Below, piece by piece: positions 24,562 through 32,000 of a stretch of DNA of 32,000 nucleotides. The notes under the pieces are model-generated. The model was not told the origin of the DNA. It searched no databases and saw nothing but the letters and a program-made list of their open reading frames with translations. Made by a program: the position numbers and the translations under genes. The number at the start of each line of letters is the position of its first letter. Position 1 is the stretch's first letter. The stretch spans positions 750,001-782,000 of the forward strand of contig NZ_CP008796.1 of assembly GCF_000734015.1 (NCBI RefSeq), read 5' to 3'. Source of the DNA: Thermodesulfobacterium commune DSM 2178 (lineage in GTDB: Bacteria > Desulfobacterota > Thermodesulfobacteria > Thermodesulfobacteriales > Thermodesulfobacteriaceae).

Positions 24562-26109
24562 CTATTTTGTGAGTATGCCGTATTTTTTAATCCTATAACT
24601 TATTTGTCTTTTAGTAAGCCCTAACATCTTAGCAGCTTTTGTCTGATTATATCTACATGCTTTAAGTGCCTCTTCTATAGCCTTCTTTTCTATAAGCTCT
24701 ATATGAGCAGGTAAAAGTTTTTCTTTAAAATCTCTTTCTTTTTTTATTTGCTCTTCTAAAAAAGCTTGTCTTATATAAAAAGGAATGTCTTCTAAAGTAA
24801 TAAAATCTTTTTCTGCCAAAACTACCAACCTCTCCAACGTATTTTCAAGCTCCCTTACGTTTCCAGGCCAATGGTAAGCCATAAACTTTTCCATTATCTC
24901 CGACGAAATTTGCACGTTCTTGTTATACTCTTGATTAAATTTTTTAAGAAAATGGTCTACTAAAAGAGGAATGTCTTCTCTTCTTTCTCTTAAAGGAGGT
25001 AAATAAATAGGTATTACATTTAATCTAAAATAAAGGTCCTCTCTAAAAGTCCCTTCTCTTACCATTTTTTCTAAATCTCTGTTGGTCGCAGCTATAATCC
25101 TTACATCAACCTTTATTGACTTAGTATCTCCTATCCTTTCGAAAGTCTTTTCTTGAATAACCCTTAAAATTTTGGCCTGTAAAGATAAAGGCAAATCTCC
25201 TATTTCATCTAAAAAGATAGTTCCACCATTAGCAAGCTCAAATTTACCTGGTTTTGAGATAAGAGCACCGGTAAAGGCTCCTTTTTTATAACCAAAAAGT
25301 TCCGCTTCAAGAAGGGTTTCAGGGATAGCAGCACAATTAATAGCTACAAATGGTCCATTAGCCCGATCACTTTCAAAATGAATAGCTTTAGCTAATAGTT
25401 CTTTCCCTGTTCCACTTTCTCCTATCAGTAAGATATTAGCCTTACACTTAGCAGCTTTAATAGCAAACTTAAAGACCTGCTGCATCTTGTCAGAAATACC
25501 GATAAGATTCCTAAATTGATATTTTCCCTTAAGCTCTAAAGATAGTTTCTCTTTTTCTTCTTTTTCTTTTCTAAACATTTGATAAAGCTTTAAATATTGT
25601 GAAAAGAGGGTAGCTACTATGTTTAAAAATCTAATATCCTCTTTAAGGTCTATTTCTTCGCTAAATATTCTATCTACTGAAAGAACACCCAACACCTCTC
25701 CCTCTATTTTGAGAGGGACACATAAAAAAGAAATATTTTCTTTGGTTAACCTTGCTCCGGTTTTATTTAAAAACATTGGCTCCTTTCCGATGTTAGGTAC
25801 TACTATAGGTTCTCCTGTATCAAAAACCTTCCCCACTATCCCTTCACCTTTTTTATAAATCCCTTTTTTCATTTGCTCTGGAGTAAGTCCATAAGCTACG
25901 GAAATATGTAAAGTATTAGTTTCACTATCATAAAGGGTAATGGTTGCTCGTTGCATGTCCAAAATGTCTGAAAGAACTTTCAAGCTTTGATAAAGATTGT
26001 GATGCATATTAAAAGAAGAACTTAAAATTTTACTGATCTCAAGTAAAGCTAATAGTTCCTTATTTTTTCTTTCAAGCTGGTCTAATACCTCTTGATGAGG
26101 CATAATCAT
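24562..26109 (-). CDS. Sigma-54-dependent transcriptional activator (GAF sensor, AAA+ and Fis-type HTH domains)
   Basis: 515 aa. Has an N-terminal GAF-like domain, GESGTGKELLAKAIH (Walker A), ELFGYKKGAFTGA (GAFTGA loop) and a C-terminal HTH (NQTKAAKMLGLTKRQISYRIKKYGI). The start may instead be the ATG at 26103. Confidence 0.9.
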   Translation of the reverse strand: MIMPHQEVLDQLERKNKELLALLEISKILSSSFNMHHNLYQSLKVLSDILDMQRATITLYDSETNTLHISVAYGLTPEQMKKGIYKKGEGIVGKVFDTGEPIVVPNIGKEPMFLNKTGARLTKENISFLCVPLKIEGEVLGVLSVDRIFSEEIDLKEDIRFLNIVATLFSQYLKLYQMFRKEKEEKEKLSLELKGKYQFRNLIGISDKMQQVFKFAIKAAKCKANILLIGESGTGKELLAKAIHFESDRANGPFVAINCAAIPETLLEAELFGYKKGAFTGALISKPGKFELANGGTIFLDEIGDLPLSLQAKILRVIQEKTFERIGDTKSIKVDVRIIAATNRDLEKMVREGTFREDLYFRLNVIPIYLPPLRERREDIPLLVDHFLKKFNQEYNKNVQISSEIMEKFMAYHWPGNVRELENTLERLVVLAEKDFITLEDIPFYIRQAFLEEQIKKERDFKEKLLPAHIELIEKKAIEEALKACRYNQTKAAKMLGLTKRQISYRIKKYGILTK

Positions 26110-26533
26110 CTCCCCTGAATATCTCTATAATTTTAGACAAATCTTTTTGCCAAGTTTTCTGGTTTATAAAAAAAATTTCTACGTTTTCTGCAATTGTTAA
26201 CCCTAAAGACCTGTAAATTTTTCTATAATGGTCTTCTCCCCATCCTTTATAACAAACCAACAAAAACAGGTGCTTACACCTTATTTTTCTTAAAAAATAT
26301 GTTACAGGAGGACAGTTAAAGGTCCATTTAGGAAAACAAACTAATATCTTTTCTTCTTGAGGTGGTTCAAACCAGCTTTTAACAGGAAAATATGGAATAA
26401 AAGACAAAAAAAGCCAAAAAAAATACGGCCATCTATAAGTTTCTATTTTTTTAGGTTTTGCCCCTAAAAAAGAAGAAATTTCCCTTGCTACAACTTCTGA
26501 AAATCCGGTGTAAGTAAAATAAAAAACTTCCAC
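26072..26533 (-). CDS. Hypothetical protein (flavodoxin-like N-terminus followed by a hydrophobic segment)
   Basis: 153 aa. The GTG start lies 2 nt after the upstream stop, which suggests translational coupling. VFYFTYTGFSEVVAREIS resembles a flavodoxin-fold beta1-loop. No firm family assignment. Confidence 0.4.
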   Translation of the reverse strand: MEVFYFTYTGFSEVVAREISSFLGAKPKKIETYRWPYFFWLFLSFIPYFPVKSWFEPPQEEKILVCFPKWTFNCPPVTYFLRKIRCKHLFLLVCYKGWGEDHYRKIYRSLGLTIAENVEIFFINQKTWQKDLSKIIEIFRGDDYASSRGIRPA

Positions 26534-26535
26534 TT

Positions 26536-27705
26536 TTAATGCATGCTTTTTTGATTAATGTATTCTTCTATCAAACTGTCAGGGTTTTCTTCTGAGTTTT
26601 CAGCCACCAAAACTCTTATTCCTTGTTTGACTAAGTCGTCGGCAAGCTCCTTAGGTGGGGCATAAAGTAAGATGTGGGTAGCCACCTGTTCTGTCAGAAA
26701 TGAAAAAAGGTCTTGATTTTGAGGCTTCTTTACTAAATCTTTGACCAAGATTTTATTGTTTTCTATGTCATAAACTAAAAACATGTCGAAATTTTCCAGA
26801 GAAGGCTCTATCTTGTTAGGCGGTGTAGTCACCGGCACAGCAATCCTCATAAATCTTTCTTCTAACACATCTTCTTTCATCTCTTCAGTAGCAGCTATAA
26901 TATTTCTAACCAGTTCTTCAAAGGCTTTAGCAGTAACACTTTCTGGATAAGCAGCAATAATAGGTCTCCCTGTATCTCCGGTGTCAACCACCCTTGGGTC
27001 AACAGGTATCCGACCTAAAAACCTTAGTCCAAACTCATCTGCTAATTTTTGTCCCCCTCCTCTTTTAAAAAGGTCGATAGGTTTTCCACAATGTGGGCAA
27101 ATAAACCCACTCATGTTTTCTACTATCCCTAGAATCCTCATCTTTATTTTCTGACAGAACCTTATAGACTTCTTAACATCTATCAACGAAACCTCCTGAG
27201 GAGTAGTCACGATTAAAGCATAAGCATCTGGAATCGTTTTTGCAACAGTTAACGGCTCGTCCCCGGTACCTGGGGGAGCGTCTATCACTAAATAATCAAG
27301 TTCTCCCCAATCTATATCTCCTATAAACTGTTTGATCGCCGAATGTTTGATAGGACCTCTCCAGATAATAGCTGTATCTTCGGAAGGTAAAAGAGGTTCA
27401 ATAGAAAGAAACTTTAAATTAGGAGAATATTTGATAGGCCCCATCCTTCCGTCTGGTTTTCTAGAAATTCTCAGATCTCTCGCACCTAACATTTTAGGGA
27501 TACTTGGGCCATGAAGGTCTACGTCTAAAAGCCCTACCATAAAATCTTGTAAGGATAATCCGACAGCTATATTAACTGAAACGGTGCTTTTACCTACCCC
27601 CCCTTTCCCAGACATTACCATAATTTTATGTTTTATTTTAGCTAATTGTTCTCTTACTTTCTTGTCTTGCTGATCCATCAAAAACCCTTTCTCTTTTCCA
27701 ACCAT
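26536..27705 (-). CDS. Mrp/NBP35 (ApbC) family Fe-S cluster carrier ATPase with a C-terminal extension
   Basis: 389 aa. Deviant Walker A is SGKGGVGKST. The CPHCGKPIDLF motif is present. About 110 extra C-terminal residues (RIAVPV...FLVYDIENNKI...GIRVLV) resemble a NifX/NifB-C-type cofactor-binding domain. Confidence 0.85.
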   Translation of the reverse strand: MVGKEKGFLMDQQDKKVREQLAKIKHKIMVMSGKGGVGKSTVSVNIAVGLSLQDFMVGLLDVDLHGPSIPKMLGARDLRISRKPDGRMGPIKYSPNLKFLSIEPLLPSEDTAIIWRGPIKHSAIKQFIGDIDWGELDYLVIDAPPGTGDEPLTVAKTIPDAYALIVTTPQEVSLIDVKKSIRFCQKIKMRILGIVENMSGFICPHCGKPIDLFKRGGGQKLADEFGLRFLGRIPVDPRVVDTGDTGRPIIAAYPESVTAKAFEELVRNIIAATEEMKEDVLEERFMRIAVPVTTPPNKIEPSLENFDMFLVYDIENNKILVKDLVKKPQNQDLFSFLTEQVATHILLYAPPKELADDLVKQGIRVLVAENSEENPDSLIEEYINQKSMH

Positions 27706-27846
27706 AAAATCCCCCTTTTAGAAAAATCTTATTAAACAATAATAATATTTTTATATTTTATCCCGCCGTTTTATTTTAATCTTAACTCGTGTTTTGTCAA
27801 ATTAGAAAATGAAAGTGTTTACTATGAATTCTAAAATTACCAAGAA

Positions 27847-27920
27847 CGCCCCCGGCAGGACTCGAACCTGCGACACCGAGATTAGGAATCTCGTGCTCTA
27901 TCCTCCTGAGCTACGGGGGC
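27847..27920 (-). tRNA. tRNA-Arg (anticodon CCU)
   Basis: 74-nt cloverleaf read by hand. Acceptor stem GCCCCCG/CGGGGGC, D stem GCTC/GAGC, anticodon stem CGAGA/TCTCG with loop TTCCTAA, T arm GCAGG-TTCGAGT-CCTGC. CCA is not encoded. Confidence 0.9.
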
Positions 27921-28049
27921 AAAACTGAAGCTGTTTATTAATTTAAATAATAATAGCCTTTAAACAAATTTTTGCAAGAGAGCATTTTATAAAATTTCTA
28001 TCCTTTTATCCAGCCTGAAAATTTATAAAAATTTTTTAATTTTAGGTCT

Positions 28050-28075
28050 TAAGTTTTTTTCAATTTATCCGATAA
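28050..28075 (+). promoter_or_regulatory. Sigma-28 (FliA)-type promoter candidate upstream of flaG
   Basis: TAAG (28050-28053), 14-15 nt, then tCCGATAA (28068-28075). The consensus is TAAA-N15-GCCGATAA. It lies about 35 nt upstream of the flaG start. Confidence 0.45.
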
Positions 28076-28108
28076 TATTTTTAAGAAAGAAAGTAAGGGA
28101 GCGTGTCT

Positions 28109-28543
28109 ATGAACATAAAAAAGATAGATAGCCAATCCTTTGATTTTTTCTTATCCTCGCAAGAGGTTACCATAAAACCTCGAGACCAAACCTCTTCCCC
28201 TAAAAAATCCTATGATTCGACCTTTCCTTCTAAAGGTAGTTCTACCCAAGAATCCTTAACTATGAACCAAAAGCAACTCAAAGAAACGTTGAAGAATTTT
28301 AACAAACTCATTGAAGCCTTGAACAAACGCTTAGACCCGTTAAGCAAAGAATTAAAAGTAGAGATAGACCAAGAGTTAAACTTACCTATTTTTAAAATTT
28401 TAGACAAAGAAACCAAGGAAGTTTTACGTCAAATTCCATGGGAAGAAACCTTAAAACTTCTTAAATACTTTCGAGAAATAAATCTTTCTGATAATATAAA
28501 ATTAGAAAAATTAAAAGGTTTATTACTACAAAAAGAGGTGTAA
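28109..28543 (+). CDS. flaG: Flagellar protein FlaG
   Basis: About 144 aa. The C-terminal block LKVEIDQELNLPIFKILDKETKEVLRQIPWEETLKL matches the FlaG signature. The ATG at 28109 is better spaced from the AAGGGAG RBS than the GTG at 28103 used by the ORF track. Confidence 0.7.
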   Translation: MNIKKIDSQSFDFFLSSQEVTIKPRDQTSSPKKSYDSTFPSKGSSTQESLTMNQKQLKETLKNFNKLIEALNKRLDPLSKELKVEIDQELNLPIFKILDKETKEVLRQIPWEETLKLLKYFREINLSDNIKLEKLKGLLLQKEV

Positions 28544-28546
28544 AAC

Positions 28547-29845
28547 ATGGCTGACACTCCTTTATACTTAAACAACGTAACAGGACTGCTTGACGTAGAT
28601 TCGATGGTTCAAGGTATATTGCAACCTAAATTAAAAACCCTTAATAAACTTCAACAGGATAAAGCTACTCTTCAAATTAAAAATACTGCTATAGCCAATT
28701 TACTCGGAGCCATAAAGAGTGCTCAGTCTTCAATAGACAGCTTAAACGTAGAAAATTTGTTTAAAAATAAAAGTGTTGTGGTAGGTGATAGTTCAATCCT
28801 TTCAGCTTCAGCTACCAAGGATACCCCAAACGTTTCTTTAAATCTTACCGTTTCACAACTTTCCCAACCAGAAACAAGAATTTCCACCCAAGGGGTAGAA
28901 AGCTTATCCAGTTCTATAAAAGCAACCACTTTTAATTTAAAATACTATACTTCTAACACAGATTACCAAACATTTACCATTAACTTCGGTGGTGGAAACC
29001 TTCAAAATCTAGTAGACACCATAAATCAATCCCAAGACAAAGTTACAGCTTCAGTGTTTTATGACGGTACTTCTTATAAACTCATGCTTGCTGAAAAAAA
29101 CGCAGAGGCCTCTACCAAAGAAACCCAAGACCAAGATACAGTCATCCAGATAGAGGGAAACTTCCCTGCTGTATTAGGTGGACTTACCACCTTACAAGAA
29201 GCTAAAAATACTAAGATTCAAATAGGCACAAATACCATAGAAAGTCCTGGGGCAACCGTAAATAATCTCCTACCTGGTTTAACCGTAAATGTAAAAAAAA
29301 CAGGTAGTACTTCTATAACTATAAAAGATGATTATTCACAAGTTTCATCTGAATTGTCTAAGGTTTTAGACAACTTAAACTCTGTACTTAGCTTGATTAA
29401 ATCTAACACCGACAAAGGGCAACTTTTTCAAGGTAATGCCATGCTTACCCAAGTAAAAACACAATTTTTAAACAACTTTAAACCACTTATAAAATTAGGA
29501 ATTATCAATGTAAATGATGAAGGCAATTTTTCTATAAACACCTCAACCCTAAACAGCCTATTAGAAAAAAACCCTGATCAAGTAAAGCAAGCGATTTACG
29601 AATTTAAAAATAACTTCTCTAAAACTTTAACCAATCTTAACTCTGCTTTTAATATCTTCCAAAACAGACAAAATCTTCAAATAGAACTTATAGATAAAAA
29701 AATTTCTTCTTTACAGGAAGCTATAGCTAAAGAAGAAAGCAGGTTAAGGCTAGCTTTTAGTAAAATAGAAGCACTATTGTATAGAAATGATCAACTAAAA
29801 GCTAAACTACAAAGTTTTGCCACACCTTTGTCTGAATCAAAATAA
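28547..29845 (+). CDS. fliD: Flagellar filament cap protein FliD (HAP2)
   Basis: 432 aa. N-terminal GLLDVDSMVQGILQPKLKTLNKLQQ. C-terminal coiled coil (IDKKISSLQEAIAKEESRLRLAFSKIEALL). Sits between flaG and fliS. Confidence 0.85.
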   Translation: MADTPLYLNNVTGLLDVDSMVQGILQPKLKTLNKLQQDKATLQIKNTAIANLLGAIKSAQSSIDSLNVENLFKNKSVVVGDSSILSASATKDTPNVSLNLTVSQLSQPETRISTQGVESLSSSIKATTFNLKYYTSNTDYQTFTINFGGGNLQNLVDTINQSQDKVTASVFYDGTSYKLMLAEKNAEASTKETQDQDTVIQIEGNFPAVLGGLTTLQEAKNTKIQIGTNTIESPGATVNNLLPGLTVNVKKTGSTSITIKDDYSQVSSELSKVLDNLNSVLSLIKSNTDKGQLFQGNAMLTQVKTQFLNNFKPLIKLGIINVNDEGNFSINTSTLNSLLEKNPDQVKQAIYEFKNNFSKTLTNLNSAFNIFQNRQNLQIELIDKKISSLQEAIAKEESRLRLAFSKIEALLYRNDQLKAKLQSFATPLSESK

Positions 29846-29867
29846 ACTCTAATAATTAGGAGGATTT

Positions 29868-30269
29868 ATGGTTAAGATGGTTTACAACTACCTAGAAAAT
29901 CAGGTAAAAAATGCCGATCCTTTAGACTTAGTAATCATGCTTTATAGTAAAGCCATCTCTTGTCTAAAGATTTCTAAAAATGTGATAGAGTCTGGACTGA
30001 ATAACCCTGAAGATATAAAAAAGAAGGCAGAAAACTTAGGTAAGGCTACCGATATCATAGCCTATCTACAAGGTTCTCTTAACCTTGAAAAAGGCGGAGA
30101 TATTGCCAAAAATCTAAATGAGATATACCAAACCCTTTTAGACGAGTTGATTGTAGCAAACACTCAGAACGACGCTAAAAAAATCACAGACAGTATAGAG
30201 GTTTTAGAAAAACTTAAGAAAGCCTGGGAAGAAATTAAATGTCAATCTCAAAACTCAAAGAAAGACTGA
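29868..30269 (+). CDS. fliS: Flagellin-specific export chaperone FliS
   Basis: 133 aa. YLENQVKNADPLDLVIMLYSKAISCLK and IAKNLNEIYQTLLDEL match the FliS four-helix-bundle pattern. An AGGAGG RBS is present. Confidence 0.85.
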   Translation: MVKMVYNYLENQVKNADPLDLVIMLYSKAISCLKISKNVIESGLNNPEDIKKKAENLGKATDIIAYLQGSLNLEKGGDIAKNLNEIYQTLLDELIVANTQNDAKKITDSIEVLEKLKKAWEEIKCQSQNSKKD

Positions 30270-30496
30270 TTGAAATAGAACTTGCTATAAAAAATCAAGA
30301 TTTAGATAAAGCTTTAACAATTTATGAAGAAATTGACCAAAACTTTGAAAAATACGTAAAAAACATAAAACAAGAAGAGTTAAAATCTGTTTTAAATTTG
30401 GTAGAATTTTTAGAAAAATTACTTAAAGAAAAACAGGCAGAGCTTATAGAGTCTAAAAAATTCCTTAACCTAAAGAAGGCCTATACAAGGTTTTAA
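30239..30496 (+). CDS. Small helical hypothetical protein (FliT-like position downstream of fliS)
   Basis: 85 aa, overlaps the fliS 3' end by 31 nt, all-helical K/E-rich composition. Only the gene context suggests a flagellar chaperone role. Confidence 0.35.
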   Translation: MSISKLKERLIEIELAIKNQDLDKALTIYEEIDQNFEKYVKNIKQEELKSVLNLVEFLEKLLKEKQAELIESKKFLNLKKAYTRF

Positions 30497-30741
30497 CTTT
30501 TTTCCATAAAGGCTTTTAGCCCTGCTAACCTTTGTTTTTCTGACTCTAAAGCTTTATAGGTTTGCCATAACTTCCTAAGTTTAGGGTTATCTTTAATCTG
30601 TAGCTCCTCTAACTCAGAAACTTTAACATTTAACTCTTTTTCTAAAGCTTCAAGCTTTTTTGTCAAACTCTTGATATTCTCTTCGCAAACTTTTATCTCC
30701 CGAGAAGTAGTAAACCAGACCTCGTCATAAACTATTCCCAT
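30493..30741 (-). CDS. Small coiled-coil hypothetical protein
   Basis: 82 aa, heptad-like E/K/L-rich sequence. It is the last gene of the HDOD-GGDEF transcription unit. Confidence 0.4.
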   Translation of the reverse strand: MGIVYDEVWFTTSREIKVCEENIKSLTKKLEALEKELNVKVSELEELQIKDNPKLRKLWQTYKALESEKQRLAGLKAFMEKS

Positions 30742-30766
30742 TAGATCTCCCCTTTTATAAAATTTT

Positions 30767-31696
30767 TTATTTTCTCCTGTCTATAAAATAGTTACTTCCT
30801 GGCATCTTCTTTACCAAGGCTTTTACTTCAGCCGCTCTCTGTGAAATCTCACCTAAGTGTTTAAACTTATTAGGATAAATCGGTACTAAAGCTATAGAAA
30901 CCGAAGGCAAAGGAATTTGTCCTAAGTGTCCTTGTCTGTCTTTGGTTATAAAATATCCTCTTTTTAAATCTTCTTCTTTTAAAAATATAGGAAGGGTTGC
31001 TTCAAATTTTTTGATGATTTCTTTTGCAACTTCTTCTCCTTTTTCGATAGGAACCACAAAAACAAAATCATCTCCTCCTATGTGCCCCAGAAAATATCCT
31101 TGGCCTACCTTTTCATTTAAGGTTGTGGCTAAAATCCTTGCTAAATTTTTGATAAGCTCATCCCCTCTTGAAAAACCATACACATCGTTATATACCTTGA
31201 AATTGTCTAAATCTACATAACCTATAGCTACCTTTTGTTTTTCTTTAAGAATCTTTTCTAAATATTTAGAAATAGAAGTATTCCCAGGAAGCCCGGTGAG
31301 AGGATTGGTGTCAGAGATCCTCTCTATTCGTTTAAAAGCATATTCTATTCTAAGGATAACTTCTTTTAAGTCCTCGTGAATGATTACAAAATCGTCTACC
31401 ACCTCAGCTTTATTTATCAAAAAATCAAAGTCTAACTCATTAACCACTAGTATAACAGGAATACCGGTGAGGTTAAAATTTTTCTTAAGACTTATTATTT
31501 GTTCAAAGGCTAAAGGGTCCTTTTCGTAGTTAAAAAGAATCATATCTGGTGGTCTAAACAAAAAACTTTCTAACAAACTCTTGGAAGAATAAAAAAACTT
31601 AAGAAGATATTTATCTTTAAGCTCAGAAAAAAGCTGTTCTTTCCATTTTTTAAAAACTTTATCTTTTTTCAAAAACAAATAGATGGTCTTAGGCAT
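30767..31696 (-). CDS. Diguanylate cyclase (GGDEF domain, GGDDF variant) with degenerate receiver domain
   Basis: 309 aa. GLPGNTSISKYLE, VDLDNFKVYNDVYGFSRGDELI and GHIGGDDFVFVV. The N-terminal REC-like fold carries N where the phospho-acceptor Asp is expected (PDMILFNY) and lacks the acidic pair after beta1. Confidence 0.85.
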   Translation of the reverse strand: MPKTIYLFLKKDKVFKKWKEQLFSELKDKYLLKFFYSSKSLLESFLFRPPDMILFNYEKDPLAFEQIISLKKNFNLTGIPVILVVNELDFDFLINKAEVVDDFVIIHEDLKEVILRIEYAFKRIERISDTNPLTGLPGNTSISKYLEKILKEKQKVAIGYVDLDNFKVYNDVYGFSRGDELIKNLARILATTLNEKVGQGYFLGHIGGDDFVFVVPIEKGEEVAKEIIKKFEATLPIFLKEEDLKRGYFITKDRQGHLGQIPLPSVSIALVPIYPNKFKHLGEISQRAAEVKALVKKMPGSNYFIDRRK

Positions 31697-31701
31697 TAAA
31701 C

Positions 31702-32000
31702 TTACGTGACTTCTGTTTCTTTTTTAAGTTCTTCAGTAAAAAATTTAAGCTCATAAAGTTTAGGCTCAAGTTTAAAAAACAACTCTTTAATAAAAGAAAA
31801 ATCAAGCTTTAGAATTTTAAAAGCCTTTTCATCAAGAGGAGGTACTTTCTTGTAAAGGCTTTCACCATAACCTCTTGCATGAATTAAAACGTCAGCAAGA
31901 TGGACTACCGCCGCCTCTTTTTTAAATTCTTTAGCCTTAGAAAGATTATGATGAGCTTCTACTGCCTCTATCAATCTTTCAGGCAAATTCCATTGTCTCA
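31702..32000 (-). CDS. HDOD-domain protein, C-terminal part (gene continues beyond the window end)
   Basis: The reading frame stays open to the window edge (..WNLPERLIEAVEAHHNLSKA...AAVVHLADVL). W-x-LP...HH...A-D is the HDOD C-terminal pattern. Confidence 0.6.
   Translation of the reverse strand, partial: RQWNLPERLIEAVEAHHNLSKAKEFKKEAAVVHLADVLIHARGYGESLYKKVPPLDEKAFKILKLDFSFIKELFFKLEPKLYELKFFTEELKKETEVT

Overview
Low-GC bacterial chromosomal window. The proteins are K/E/I-rich, which fits a thermophile, but the taxon cannot be determined from here. Left to right:

(1) 1-4260: partial CDF-like transporter, ComB-like phosphatase, CBS protein, an IS256-family element, a secreted hypothetical protein and a frameshifted TraT-like lipoprotein gene.

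(2) 4605-4959: tmRNA (ssrA, tag ANEYAYALAA).

(3) About 4960-19591: an accessory segment that starts directly at the tmRNA 3' end. It is bracketed by two decayed, inverted IS1380-family relics. It carries (a) a co-directional three-gene cassette of SNF2 helicase with a C-terminal PD-(D/E)xK-like domain, DUF1156-type Zn-ribbon DNA methyltransferase and DUF499-type P-loop ATPase, with a relic of a minimal nucleotidyltransferase (MNT) gene wedged inside it, and (b) a complete collinear curli locus (csgD-like, two curlin-repeat genes, csgC-like, csgE, csgF, csgG).

(4) 19638-27705: core nitrogen and cofactor genes (nadE, glnA, gltB-like FMN protein behind a textbook sigma-54 promoter, GAF/sigma-54 activator, Mrp/NBP35 ATPase).

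(5) tRNA-Arg(CCU), then flaG-fliD-fliS behind a sigma-28-like promoter, then an HDOD / pseudo-receiver-GGDEF pair.

The best candidate for a poorly characterised system is the helicase-methyltransferase-ATPase cassette at 5407-14296. It looks like a restriction-modification/BREX-like defence module. All calls rest on motifs read by eye; no database search was possible.
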